From Candidatus Eiseniibacteriota bacterium (GTDB lineage: Bacteria; Eisenbacteria; RBG-16-71-46; CAZEPH01): a DNA stretch of 64,000 bases. Below, piece by piece: positions 9,383 to 17,324 of this stretch. Each line of letters begins with the position of its first letter. Position 1 is the stretch's first letter. Below the pieces are notes generated by a model. That model saw nothing but the letters and a program-made list of their open reading frames with translations. It ran no database searches and was not told where the DNA came from. The stretch is taken from assembly GCA_044229145.1 (NCBI GenBank), contig JBGATO010000006.1, positions 1 to 64,000 on the forward strand. The letters are read 5' to 3'. The position numbers and the translations under genes were made by a program.

Positions 9383-9739
9383 ATGCACACCCGTACGCGA
9401 CTGGCCCTCGGGCTCGTCCTCGCCGCGGCCGCCTGCTTCGCGGTCGCCAGCGTCGCCAACGAGCGCATCGCGGCCGACACGCGCAAAGACTGCACGGCGT
9501 GTCACGACAAGCCGGGCAGCAAGCGCCTCACCGACGCCGGCAAGTACTTCGAAACGCAGAAGACGCTCGACGGATTCGACGCGATCCAGACGTCGTTCGG
9601 TCACTGTACGGCGTGCCACGACACCAAGCCAGGGTCGACGAAGCTGACGGCCAAGGGCACGCAGTTCTCGGCGTTCGCCAAGGACATGCCGGCACTCACC
9701 GAGTGGATGAAGGCGAATCACCCATCGCCGGCCAAGTAG
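9383..9739 (+). CDS. Small exported diheme cytochrome c
   Basis: Signal peptide; two CTACH motifs within an internal duplication. Confidence 0.85.
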   Translation: MHTRTRLALGLVLAAAACFAVASVANERIAADTRKDCTACHDKPGSKRLTDAGKYFETQKTLDGFDAIQTSFGHCTACHDTKPGSTKLTAKGTQFSAFAKDMPALTEWMKANHPSPAK

Positions 9740-9802
9740 AGCGCATGCGCGCGCCGGGTTACGCGCTGATGGAACCCGGCGTGGCGTGTCGAGGAGGTGT
9801 TC

Positions 9803-10816
9803 ATGTTTCGCGTTTGTGCGATCGCTGCCCTGTTGGCGGGCGCGCTCACGGTGTCACCGGCCGCCGCTGCTCCCGACGCCGCGCAGCCGGTCTTCGTCTC
9901 ACTGGCCGACTCGCTGCGCGGCACGGTCGACGAACTCGTCGCACCGGTACGCGCGGCGTGCGTGGCACACGGTTTCGAAGTTGTCGCGGTACACGAGGCA
10001 ACGGCGCCCGGCGGCTGTTCGTCCCACGCGCAGGTCTTCGTGCTGCAGCAGCCGCGTTACACACAGCAGGTGTTGGCGCACGGTCCGCGCGCCGCGTTCG
10101 CGGTTCCGGTGCGACTCGTGCTCTTTGACGATGAGGCGGGCGTGCATCTCGCCGCGATCAACCCGCTGTCGCTCGACCGCACGATGGTGGCCGAGTCTGG
10201 ATTCGAGGACCCCGCGGCCACACTTTTGGCGGATCTGCAAGCCGTGGCGCGCGACGCCGGCCACGGCGCGCGCGCGGCGCGTGGCGGCTTCGGCCAGGTG
10301 CGAACGCGCGGCCTCATCGGCCGCACGATGGGCGTGATGGCCGGCGGTCCATTCCTCGACAAAGTGCAGGACGTGACGAGCGAGCCGGGGACCACACAAC
10401 TGGACCTCGCCCGCGTGGCCGATCGTGTGTGGAAAGGCGTCACGATGCACGCGGGACGCGGCCGCTGGCAAATGCGCGGTGCCTACCGTCTCGATCTGGC
10501 GCCGCGCGGCGTGGTGATCATCGGCGTCTCCGGTCCCGCGATGGAGGCGAAGAGCTATGCCATCGTCGGCGCTGGTGGAGATGCGCGCCGCGCGCGGTTC
10601 GCCTGTCCGGGGCTCGCCTACGCCGCGGCGTATCCAATCGAAATCGTCGTGTATCTCGAGGGCGGCCGCGTCCACGTTGCCACCGTCGAGGCGATGTATC
10701 GCATGAAGATGTACTTCGAGGACGCCGGCAAGATGAAGTTCGCCGCCAACATGACGATGCCCGGCTCGATCGCGGATGAATTGCGCGGATTGATTACCGC
10801 GGGTCTCGCGCAGTAG
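9803..10816 (+). CDS. Exported protein with tandem DUF302-like domains
   Basis: GAGGAGG RBS; signal peptide; AAFAVPVRLVLFDDEAGVHLAAINP and AAAYPIEIVVYLEGGRVHV resemble the DUF302 core. Confidence 0.6.
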   Translation: MFRVCAIAALLAGALTVSPAAAAPDAAQPVFVSLADSLRGTVDELVAPVRAACVAHGFEVVAVHEATAPGGCSSHAQVFVLQQPRYTQQVLAHGPRAAFAVPVRLVLFDDEAGVHLAAINPLSLDRTMVAESGFEDPAATLLADLQAVARDAGHGARAARGGFGQVRTRGLIGRTMGVMAGGPFLDKVQDVTSEPGTTQLDLARVADRVWKGVTMHAGRGRWQMRGAYRLDLAPRGVVIIGVSGPAMEAKSYAIVGAGGDARRARFACPGLAYAAAYPIEIVVYLEGGRVHVATVEAMYRMKMYFEDAGKMKFAANMTMPGSIADELRGLITAGLAQ

Positions 10817-10894
10817 GACACACGGCCGCCCTGCCCGCGTGCTAGCATGCGGATAGGGCGCGCCACTGCGGCTCGTCCATCCGGAGAGTCGACC

Positions 10895-11257
10895 ATGATG
10901 CCGCACCTCCCCGGCTCCGCCCCCGACGCAGCGGGCGAGCCATTTGCCGCCGACCTCGTCGCCTACCAGCCCGGCACGGTGGTGAGTCGCACGTTGATCA
11001 AGAAGCCGACCGGCACGGTGACGGTGTTCGCCTTCGACGCGGGCGAAGGGTTGAGCGAACATACGGCGCCGTTCGACGCACTCGTCCTGGCGCTGGATGG
11101 CGAGGCGGAGATTCCGATCGCCGGCGTCATGCATCGCGTGGCGGCGGGGCAATTGCTGCTGCTCCCCGAAGGCAAGCCGCACGCGGTGAAGGCGGTGACG
11201 CCGTTCAAGATGATGCTGATCATGATCCGCGGCGCGGCGGCTCCGACCAGCGGCTAG
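10895..11257 (+). CDS. Cupin-domain protein
   Basis: FAFDAGEGLSEHTAP...LDGEAEI...PHAVKA cupin motifs. Confidence 0.85.
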   Translation: MMPHLPGSAPDAAGEPFAADLVAYQPGTVVSRTLIKKPTGTVTVFAFDAGEGLSEHTAPFDALVLALDGEAEIPIAGVMHRVAAGQLLLLPEGKPHAVKAVTPFKMMLIMIRGAAAPTSG

Positions 11258-11790
11258 ATCTCGCCGTGATACGCGCGCGCTTCGGCCCATGCCCGATGCG
11301 CTGCCACGCGCTTCTCGAGTAGCGCCGCAACGTTGGCCCGCACGCGGTCGCCGTCATACACCGGCGACACCTTGACCGGCGGCACCGCGGCAAGGCGCGT
11401 GGCCACGTCGGCGGCGGCCGACCCGAGCGCGGACTCGCACTCGGCGTAAATACCGCCGGGCCCTTCTTCGAGCGGATTGTGCGCGAGCAGAATGCTCCAG
11501 AGGTGGCCGATCGTCTCGCCGTCCGCCGGGAGAGCCATCAAGCCCGCGAGAGCCGCGTGATCGGTGCGAATCAAATCTTCGAGCGCGAGACGTTCGCCGT
11601 CCCGGCAGCCGCGCGCCGCCGGAAACAACACCTTCTCCTCCATCGCGATGTGATGGAGGAGCGCGGCGCGGAACTCATCGTAGAGCGCGGGATCCGGCGT
11701 ATCGCCGCTGGCCCGCAGGCGCTGCAACAGCGCCCCCAGCGCGTGGTGATCGGCGATCAGCACATCGGTCGCCCGAACGGTCGTGGTCAT
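11254..11790 (-). CDS. Hemerythrin (HHE cation-binding) domain protein
   Basis: DHHAL, HHIAMEEKVLFP, DHAAL, HNPLEE pattern; GGAG RBS before ATG 11790. Confidence 0.8.
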   Translation of the reverse strand: MTTTVRATDVLIADHHALGALLQRLRASGDTPDPALYDEFRAALLHHIAMEEKVLFPAARGCRDGERLALEDLIRTDHAALAGLMALPADGETIGHLWSILLAHNPLEEGPGGIYAECESALGSAAADVATRLAAVPPVKVSPVYDGDRVRANVAALLEKRVAAHRAWAEARAYHGEI

Positions 11791-11810
11791 GAGGGGACTC
11801 CTGTCTCCGG

Positions 11811-12821
11811 CTAGGCGCCGGCTGCGGCCATCTCCGCGGTGCGGTACACGTAGGCGCCGGGTGCGCGTTCGCGGAGGATGCGCGCGGCGTCGGCGTCGGT
11901 CTTGCCGTACACGGTGGTCGCGGCGACGTCCGCGAGCATGCAGCCCGCGGCACGCACCGTCAGGCTGTGCGCGCGCACCAGGCGCGGCGACGCGGTGAAC
12001 GGGTCGAGGATGTGGTGGTAGCGCCGGCCCTCGTAGTCGAAGTAGCGCATGTAGTCGCCCGAGGTCGCGACCGATTCGTCGCTCACCTCGAACTCCGCGA
12101 CCAGTCCGTCCGGATCGGTTGGCGACTGCACGCCGACACGCCACGGCTTCCCTTCCGCGTTGTGCCCCATCGCGTAGAGGTCGCCGCCGATGTTCACGAG
12201 TCCGTTCTCGACGCCGAACGCGCGCAGCGTCTCGACCGCGCGCTCGATGCCGTAGCCCTTGGCGATACCGCCGAGATCGAGCTTGGCGTCGGCGTGCGCG
12301 AAGCGGAGCGCCGGCTCGCCGGCGGCGCGCGTCAGCTCCACCGCGTGGTGCAGGCGACGTCCCGCGAGTGGCTCGTACTGTCCAGCGGTCGGGGGCACGC
12401 GGCGACTCTTCACGTCCCACAGGTCGATGGCCTTGCCAATGGCGGGGTCGTACGAACCGCCGCTCGCCTCCGCCCACGCCAACGCTTCGCGCACCACCGC
12501 GGCGGTTTCGCGCGACACCGGCACTGCGCGCCGCGCGGCGTCCAGATTGGCGCGACCGATGTCGGAGCTGACGGAATAGTTCGTCATCAGACGTTCGACA
12601 CGTCGCAGCTCGTCGTACGCGGCGTCGATCGCGGCCTGCGCGCGCAGCGGGTCGTGGCTCACCACGCCGAGTTCGGCGACGGTGCCCATGACCGGAACGG
12701 TGCGCCGCACCAGACGCACACGGCGCGACGCGAACGGCACGGCCGACACCACGAAGGCGCCCAAGGCGAGCGTGAGGAACTCACGACGGCTCACGCCGTG
12801 CTGCGAACTCGACTGCGTCAT
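11811..12821 (-). CDS. apbE: FAD:protein FMN transferase (flavinylates RnfG/RnfD)
   Basis: VMGT, LDLGGIAKGY, NIGGD, VATSGDY, RYHHILDP; twin-arginine-like SRREFL N-terminus. Confidence 0.93.
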   Translation of the reverse strand: MTQSSSQHGVSRREFLTLALGAFVVSAVPFASRRVRLVRRTVPVMGTVAELGVVSHDPLRAQAAIDAAYDELRRVERLMTNYSVSSDIGRANLDAARRAVPVSRETAAVVREALAWAEASGGSYDPAIGKAIDLWDVKSRRVPPTAGQYEPLAGRRLHHAVELTRAAGEPALRFAHADAKLDLGGIAKGYGIERAVETLRAFGVENGLVNIGGDLYAMGHNAEGKPWRVGVQSPTDPDGLVAEFEVSDESVATSGDYMRYFDYEGRRYHHILDPFTASPRLVRAHSLTVRAAGCMLADVAATTVYGKTDADAARILRERAPGAYVYRTAEMAAAGA

Positions 12822-12994
12822 CTCCGGTCTCCTTTGCCGCCCGCCGGGGCGGTGCCTTCCGACTTGTCACACGATCCGCCGCACGACCCGCATCCGTGGC
12901 CGTCGCACGGCTTGTGGCGATACACGATCACGAACGCGGTGCCCAGCACCGCGCAGATCGCCACCCCGAGCACCCCCTGCAACCATCCGGTCAT
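12818..12994 (-). CDS. 58-aa single-TM Cys-rich small protein (NqrM-like or FeoB-associated Cys-rich type)
   Basis: Manual translation MTGWLQGVLGVAICAVLGTAFVIVYRHKPCDGHGCGSCGGSCDKSEGTAPAGGKGDRR*; fills the rnfA-apbE gap, with its TGA overlapping the apbE ATG. Confidence 0.8.
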   Translation of the reverse strand: MTGWLQGVLGVAICAVLGTAFVIVYRHKPCDGHGCGSCGGSCDKSEGTAPAGGKGDRR

Positions 12995-12998
12995 CTGC

Positions 12999-13583
12999 CT
13001 ACCCCGCGCTGAAGAGGCCGGCGAAGCCCATGAACGCCAGCGACAGACAGCTGGCGATCAGCATGGTGAGCGCGGTGCCTTTGAGCACCGCGGGCGTGTC
13101 GGCCAGTTCGAGGTCTTCGCGAATCGACGCCATCAGCACGAGCGCAAGGGTCAGCCCGAGTCCAGCGCCGAGCGCGAAGACGATGCCTTCCACCAATCCA
13201 TACCCACGCGACGTTTGGAACAGCGCCAGCGCGAGCACCGCGCAATTGGTGGTGATGAGGGGCAGGTAGATCCCGAGTTCGCGGAACAGCGTCGGGCTCA
13301 CCTTCTTGATCACCATCTCGACGAACTGGACGGTCGACGCGATCACCACGATGAACGCGATGAGCCGCAGATACGGCACCGTCGAGAGCAGGAAGCGATT
13401 GAGGAACCACGTGCAAATCGCCGTGATCACCAGCGTGAAGGTGTCGGCGGCGCCAAGACGGATCGCGGTGTCGACGCGCTTCGACACGCCCATGAACGCG
13501 CACAGGCCGAGAAACATCATGAAGGTGAAATTGTTCACCAACAGCGACGAGATGAAGATCCACGCGAGGTTGTGATTGCTCAT
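12999..13583 (-). CDS. rnfA: Rnf electron transport complex subunit A
   Basis: LVNNF..FLGLC, LGIYLPLITTNCAVL, SLAFMGF. Confidence 0.95.
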   Translation of the reverse strand: MSNHNLAWIFISSLLVNNFTFMMFLGLCAFMGVSKRVDTAIRLGAADTFTLVITAICTWFLNRFLLSTVPYLRLIAFIVVIASTVQFVEMVIKKVSPTLFRELGIYLPLITTNCAVLALALFQTSRGYGLVEGIVFALGAGLGLTLALVLMASIREDLELADTPAVLKGTALTMLIASCLSLAFMGFAGLFSAG

Positions 13584-14221
13584 CACGCGACCCTTTCCGT
13601 CACGGCCGCCGTCTGCTTCGCGGCCTTCCGCTGCGCCCGCCACACGATCAGCATCATGAAGAAGCCGAGCGTCAGGAAGCCTCCGGGCGGCAGCACCATG
13701 ATGACCCACGGCTCGTAGTGCGGTCCGAACACCGAGAAGCCGAGGAAGGTGCCGTTGCCAATCACCTCGCGCAACGTGCCCATCGCCAGCAACACACCCG
13801 TGAAGCCGATGCCGTTACCGAGCGCGTCGAGCGTCGAGCGCCACACCGTGTTCTTCGACGCGAACGCCTCGGCGCGGCCGAGCAGGATGCAGTTCACGAC
13901 GATCAGCGGCACGAACGGCCCGAGCGACTTCGAGACCGCCGGCAACAGCGCGGCGATCGTCATGTCGGCCACCGTCACGAACGTGGCGATGATCACCACG
14001 TAGGTGCCGATGCGCACCTCGTTCGGCACCACCTTACGGACTGCGGCCACCATCGCGCTCGAGGCCACCAGACAGAACAGCGTGGCGATGCCCATCGTGA
14101 TGCAATTGGCGACGGTATTCGTGACGGCCAGCGTCGGGCACAGCCCGAGCACCTGCACCAGCACCGGATTCTCTACCCACATGCAGCGCAGGAAGTCGTC
14201 GCGTGCGGTGGATTCGCTCAT
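13583..14221 (-). CDS. rnfE: Rnf electron transport complex subunit E
   Basis: ENPVLVQVLGLCPTLAVT, PLIVVNCILLGRAEAFASKN, LPPGGF. Confidence 0.95.
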   Translation of the reverse strand: MSESTARDDFLRCMWVENPVLVQVLGLCPTLAVTNTVANCITMGIATLFCLVASSAMVAAVRKVVPNEVRIGTYVVIIATFVTVADMTIAALLPAVSKSLGPFVPLIVVNCILLGRAEAFASKNTVWRSTLDALGNGIGFTGVLLAMGTLREVIGNGTFLGFSVFGPHYEPWVIMVLPPGGFLTLGFFMMLIVWRAQRKAAKQTAAVTERVA

Positions 14222-14919
14222 CGGGTCCCCTTGTCGTCGGCGGCCGCCGGATGCGACGCCATGTAGGCCTGGAGCAGCGGCTGGTCCTTCTCCACCGCAC
14301 CGTTGATGATGCGGATGACGGCGCGCGAGCTGATCGTCGCGCCGGTGATCATGTCGACCTTGTGCTTGTCACCGCCGTGATCGACACCGCCCTTGACGCC
14401 GGCGATCGGCGCCAGCGCGCCGACGAAACCGTCGATGAAGCGGCGGTCCTTCATGATCTTGTCGCCGAGCCCGGGCGTCTCCTTGCTCGAGAGCACCTTC
14501 ATGCCCATCACACTCTGCGCCGTCGGGTCGTAGCCGAAGATCAGCTGGATGTCGTCTTGGAATCCCGGCGCGGTCGACACGATGGCGAATCCAGCGCGCT
14601 GACCGGCCGCATCGTAGCCGGCGTAGATGTGGTCGACCTTCTTCTCGTCGACGCCGGCCGGCAGCTTCTCGACCAGCGCGTTGTTGTAGAGCAACAGCGT
14701 GTCGAAGCGCTTGGCGTCCTTGAGCACTTCATAGATCGCGGCGCGGGTCTCCGCGGCATGCTGACGCTCGATCGACGGAAGCGTCCAGGTGTAGACGAGC
14801 ACCATCAACAGGCCGGCGAGGCCGCTCGACATGCCGAGAACGAGGATCAAGCGCCACGCCGGCACGCCGACGTGTGCGGGCGCCTGCGCCGGAGCGGCGG
14901 CATCGTGGGGCGGGGTCAT
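14218..14919 (-). CDS. rnfG: Rnf electron transport complex subunit G
   Basis: N-terminal TM helix, KETPGLG, FMN-attachment motif DMITGATISS. Confidence 0.93.
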   Translation of the reverse strand: MTPPHDAAAPAQAPAHVGVPAWRLILVLGMSSGLAGLLMVLVYTWTLPSIERQHAAETRAAIYEVLKDAKRFDTLLLYNNALVEKLPAGVDEKKVDHIYAGYDAAGQRAGFAIVSTAPGFQDDIQLIFGYDPTAQSVMGMKVLSSKETPGLGDKIMKDRRFIDGFVGALAPIAGVKGGVDHGGDKHKVDMITGATISSRAVIRIINGAVEKDQPLLQAYMASHPAAADDKGTR

Positions 14920-15923
14920 GACGACTTCTCCGCGAGGCGGGCCGCGCCGAACACGCGCGGTTGCGTCGCCCGGTTGATGAACGGCACCAAGACATTCATG
15001 AGCAGGATCGCGTACATCACACCTTCGGGCAGACCGCCCCAGATGCGGATCAGCACCACCAGCACGCCGATGCCAGCGCCGAAGATCCACGCGCCGCGAT
15101 GCGATACCGGCGAAGTCACCGGATCCGTCGCCATGTAGACGGCGCCGAGCATGAGACCGCCCGAAAACAGCATGAATCCCGCACCCGGATACCGCTGCGG
15201 GTCGATGGTGTGCAGGATGGTGGCGAACACGGCGACGGTGGCCAGCAAGCTGGCCGGCGTGCGCCACGACATCATCTTCTTCCACACCAGGAACGCGCCG
15301 CACGCGAGGATGACCAGCCCGCCGGTCTCGCCCACCGAACCGCCGGTGTTGCCGATCATCAGGTTGAGCAGCGGCGTCGGCAGGTGCTCGAACTTGGCGA
15401 GGCCGAGCGGCGTCGCCGAGGTCACGATGTCGGCGGTGTGCGGGTGGAGGAACGGCCACGCGAAGTTGTCGCCACGGAGCTGGAACCACGAACCCGGCGT
15501 CTTGGGCCAGGTGGTGATCGCCACCGGGAACGCCGCCTGGAGGAACGCGCGACCGAGCATCGCCGGATTGAAGATGTTGTAGCCGAGCCCGCCGAAGATC
15601 AGCTTGCCGAGCAGGATGCCGAACACGCCGCCGAGAAACGCCATCCACATCGGGAAGCCGGGCGGCAGCGACAATCCGAGCAGCAGCCCGGTGATCACCG
15701 CGGATCCGTCCGCCAGCATGCGCCAGCCCTTGAACACGCCTTCGCAGACACAGGCGCCGGCGGTGCCGGCGAGCGCCACGAACAGCGCGCTCGGTCCGAA
15801 GAAGTACATGCCGGTGAGCAGCACGGGCACCAAGCTCCACACCACCGTCCACATCACCTTCGGCAGCGTCACCTGGCTGGCCAGGTGCGGCGACGCGGTG
15901 AGTAGGAATCGTTGCTCGCTCAT
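14916..15923 (-). CDS. rnfD: Rnf electron transport complex subunit D
   Basis: ASPHL, DGSAVITGLL, KLIFGGLGYNIFNPA, FMN motif TSATPL, MATDPVTSP, PEGVMYAILLMN. Confidence 0.95.
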   Translation of the reverse strand: MSEQRFLLTASPHLASQVTLPKVMWTVVWSLVPVLLTGMYFFGPSALFVALAGTAGACVCEGVFKGWRMLADGSAVITGLLLGLSLPPGFPMWMAFLGGVFGILLGKLIFGGLGYNIFNPAMLGRAFLQAAFPVAITTWPKTPGSWFQLRGDNFAWPFLHPHTADIVTSATPLGLAKFEHLPTPLLNLMIGNTGGSVGETGGLVILACGAFLVWKKMMSWRTPASLLATVAVFATILHTIDPQRYPGAGFMLFSGGLMLGAVYMATDPVTSPVSHRGAWIFGAGIGVLVVLIRIWGGLPEGVMYAILLMNVLVPFINRATQPRVFGAARLAEKSS

Positions 15924-17323
15924 ACCGCGATCGCCTCCTTCGGGGCCGGCGCGTCGACATCGGCGGCGGGTGCGCCGTCGGCCACCACCGGCGGCGCCGG
16001 GGCCGCCGTGGTCGCCTGCTTGCGCAGCATCATCTTGCTCAACTGAAACATCTGCGCGAGCGGGATGTTCGACGGACACACGTACGAACAGCAGCCGCAC
16101 AACATGCAGTCACTCAGGTGCATCGCCGCCATGTCCTCGTAGCGCCGCACGCGCGCCAAGCGGCCGAGATGCGACGGGTTGAGGAACACCGGACACGCAT
16201 CGAGGCAGCGTCCGCAGCGAATGCACGGATACACCTCGGGACGCCGGCACTCGTCGTCGGTCAGCACCAACACGCCGGTGGTGCCCTTGGTGATCGGGGT
16301 GTCGAGGCTGCCCTGTGCGATGCCCATCATCGGCCCGCCGAATACCACCTCGCGCGCCTTGGGCGCGAGGCCGCCGCAGAAGGCGAAGACGTCGCGCAGC
16401 ATCACGCCGACCGGAATGATCAAGTTAGACGGCTTGGCGATGCCGTGTCCCGTCACCGTGACGATGCGCTCGATGAGCGGCAGTCCGGTATCGAACACTT
16501 CTGCCACCGCGGCGAGCGACGCGACGTTCTGCACCAGCACGCCGACCGACGACGGCAACTTGCCGCTGGGCACCGCACGCCCCGTCACCACCTCGATCAG
16601 CATCTTCTCCGCGCCCTGCGGATACTTCACCGTGAGCGGCAGGATGGTGACGTCGATGTCGGACGGCTTGGTGCGTTCCATCGCGGCGATCGCGTCGGGC
16701 TTGTTGCGCTCGATGCCGACGATCACCTTGGCGATGCCGAGGCAGCGCATGGCGATGCGGATGCCTTCGTGCACGCGCTCCGGCTGCTCGACCATCACGC
16801 GGTGGTCGGTGGTGAGGTACGGCTCGCACTCGCAGCCGTTGACGATCAGGGTGTCGATCGTCGCGTCCTTCGGCGGAATCAGCTTGACGTGCGTCGGGAA
16901 CGCGGCGCCGCCAAGGCCGACCACGCCCGCGTCCTGCACCGCCTGCACGATCTGCTCGGGCGAGAGGTCGCGCCAATCCGGCACCATGCGCGGCCGCGGC
17001 AGCTGTCCCGAGAAGCGCTCGACGTCGATGCGGATCGCGAGTTCCGCCGCGCCCATCGGGTGCGGCCAGTACTCGATGGCCGCCACCGTGCCAGTCGCCG
17101 ACGCATGCACCGGCGCCGAGATGAAGCCGTCGGCCTTGGCGAGCAGGTCGCCGCGTTCGACGCGGTCGCCCGCCTTGACCAGCGGAATCGCCGGCTTGCC
17201 GGTGTGCTGCCGCAGCGGCAGCACCACCTGATCGGGGAACGGCATACGGCGTGTCGCCACCGCGGCCGTGAGGTCTTTCAGCTCCGGCGGATGGACGCCG
17301 TGCTGGAATGTCGTCCGCGTCAT
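15920..17323 (-). CDS. rnfC: Rnf electron transport complex subunit C
   Basis: GVVGLGGAAFPTHVK, NGCECEPYLTTD, KYPQGAEK, GGPMMG, CIRCGRCLDACP, CMLCGCCSYVCPS. Confidence 0.95.
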   Translation of the reverse strand: MTRTTFQHGVHPPELKDLTAAVATRRMPFPDQVVLPLRQHTGKPAIPLVKAGDRVERGDLLAKADGFISAPVHASATGTVAAIEYWPHPMGAAELAIRIDVERFSGQLPRPRMVPDWRDLSPEQIVQAVQDAGVVGLGGAAFPTHVKLIPPKDATIDTLIVNGCECEPYLTTDHRVMVEQPERVHEGIRIAMRCLGIAKVIVGIERNKPDAIAAMERTKPSDIDVTILPLTVKYPQGAEKMLIEVVTGRAVPSGKLPSSVGVLVQNVASLAAVAEVFDTGLPLIERIVTVTGHGIAKPSNLIIPVGVMLRDVFAFCGGLAPKAREVVFGGPMMGIAQGSLDTPITKGTTGVLVLTDDECRRPEVYPCIRCGRCLDACPVFLNPSHLGRLARVRRYEDMAAMHLSDCMLCGCCSYVCPSNIPLAQMFQLSKMMLRKQATTAAPAPPVVADGAPAADVDAPAPKEAIAV

Positions 17324-17324
17324 G

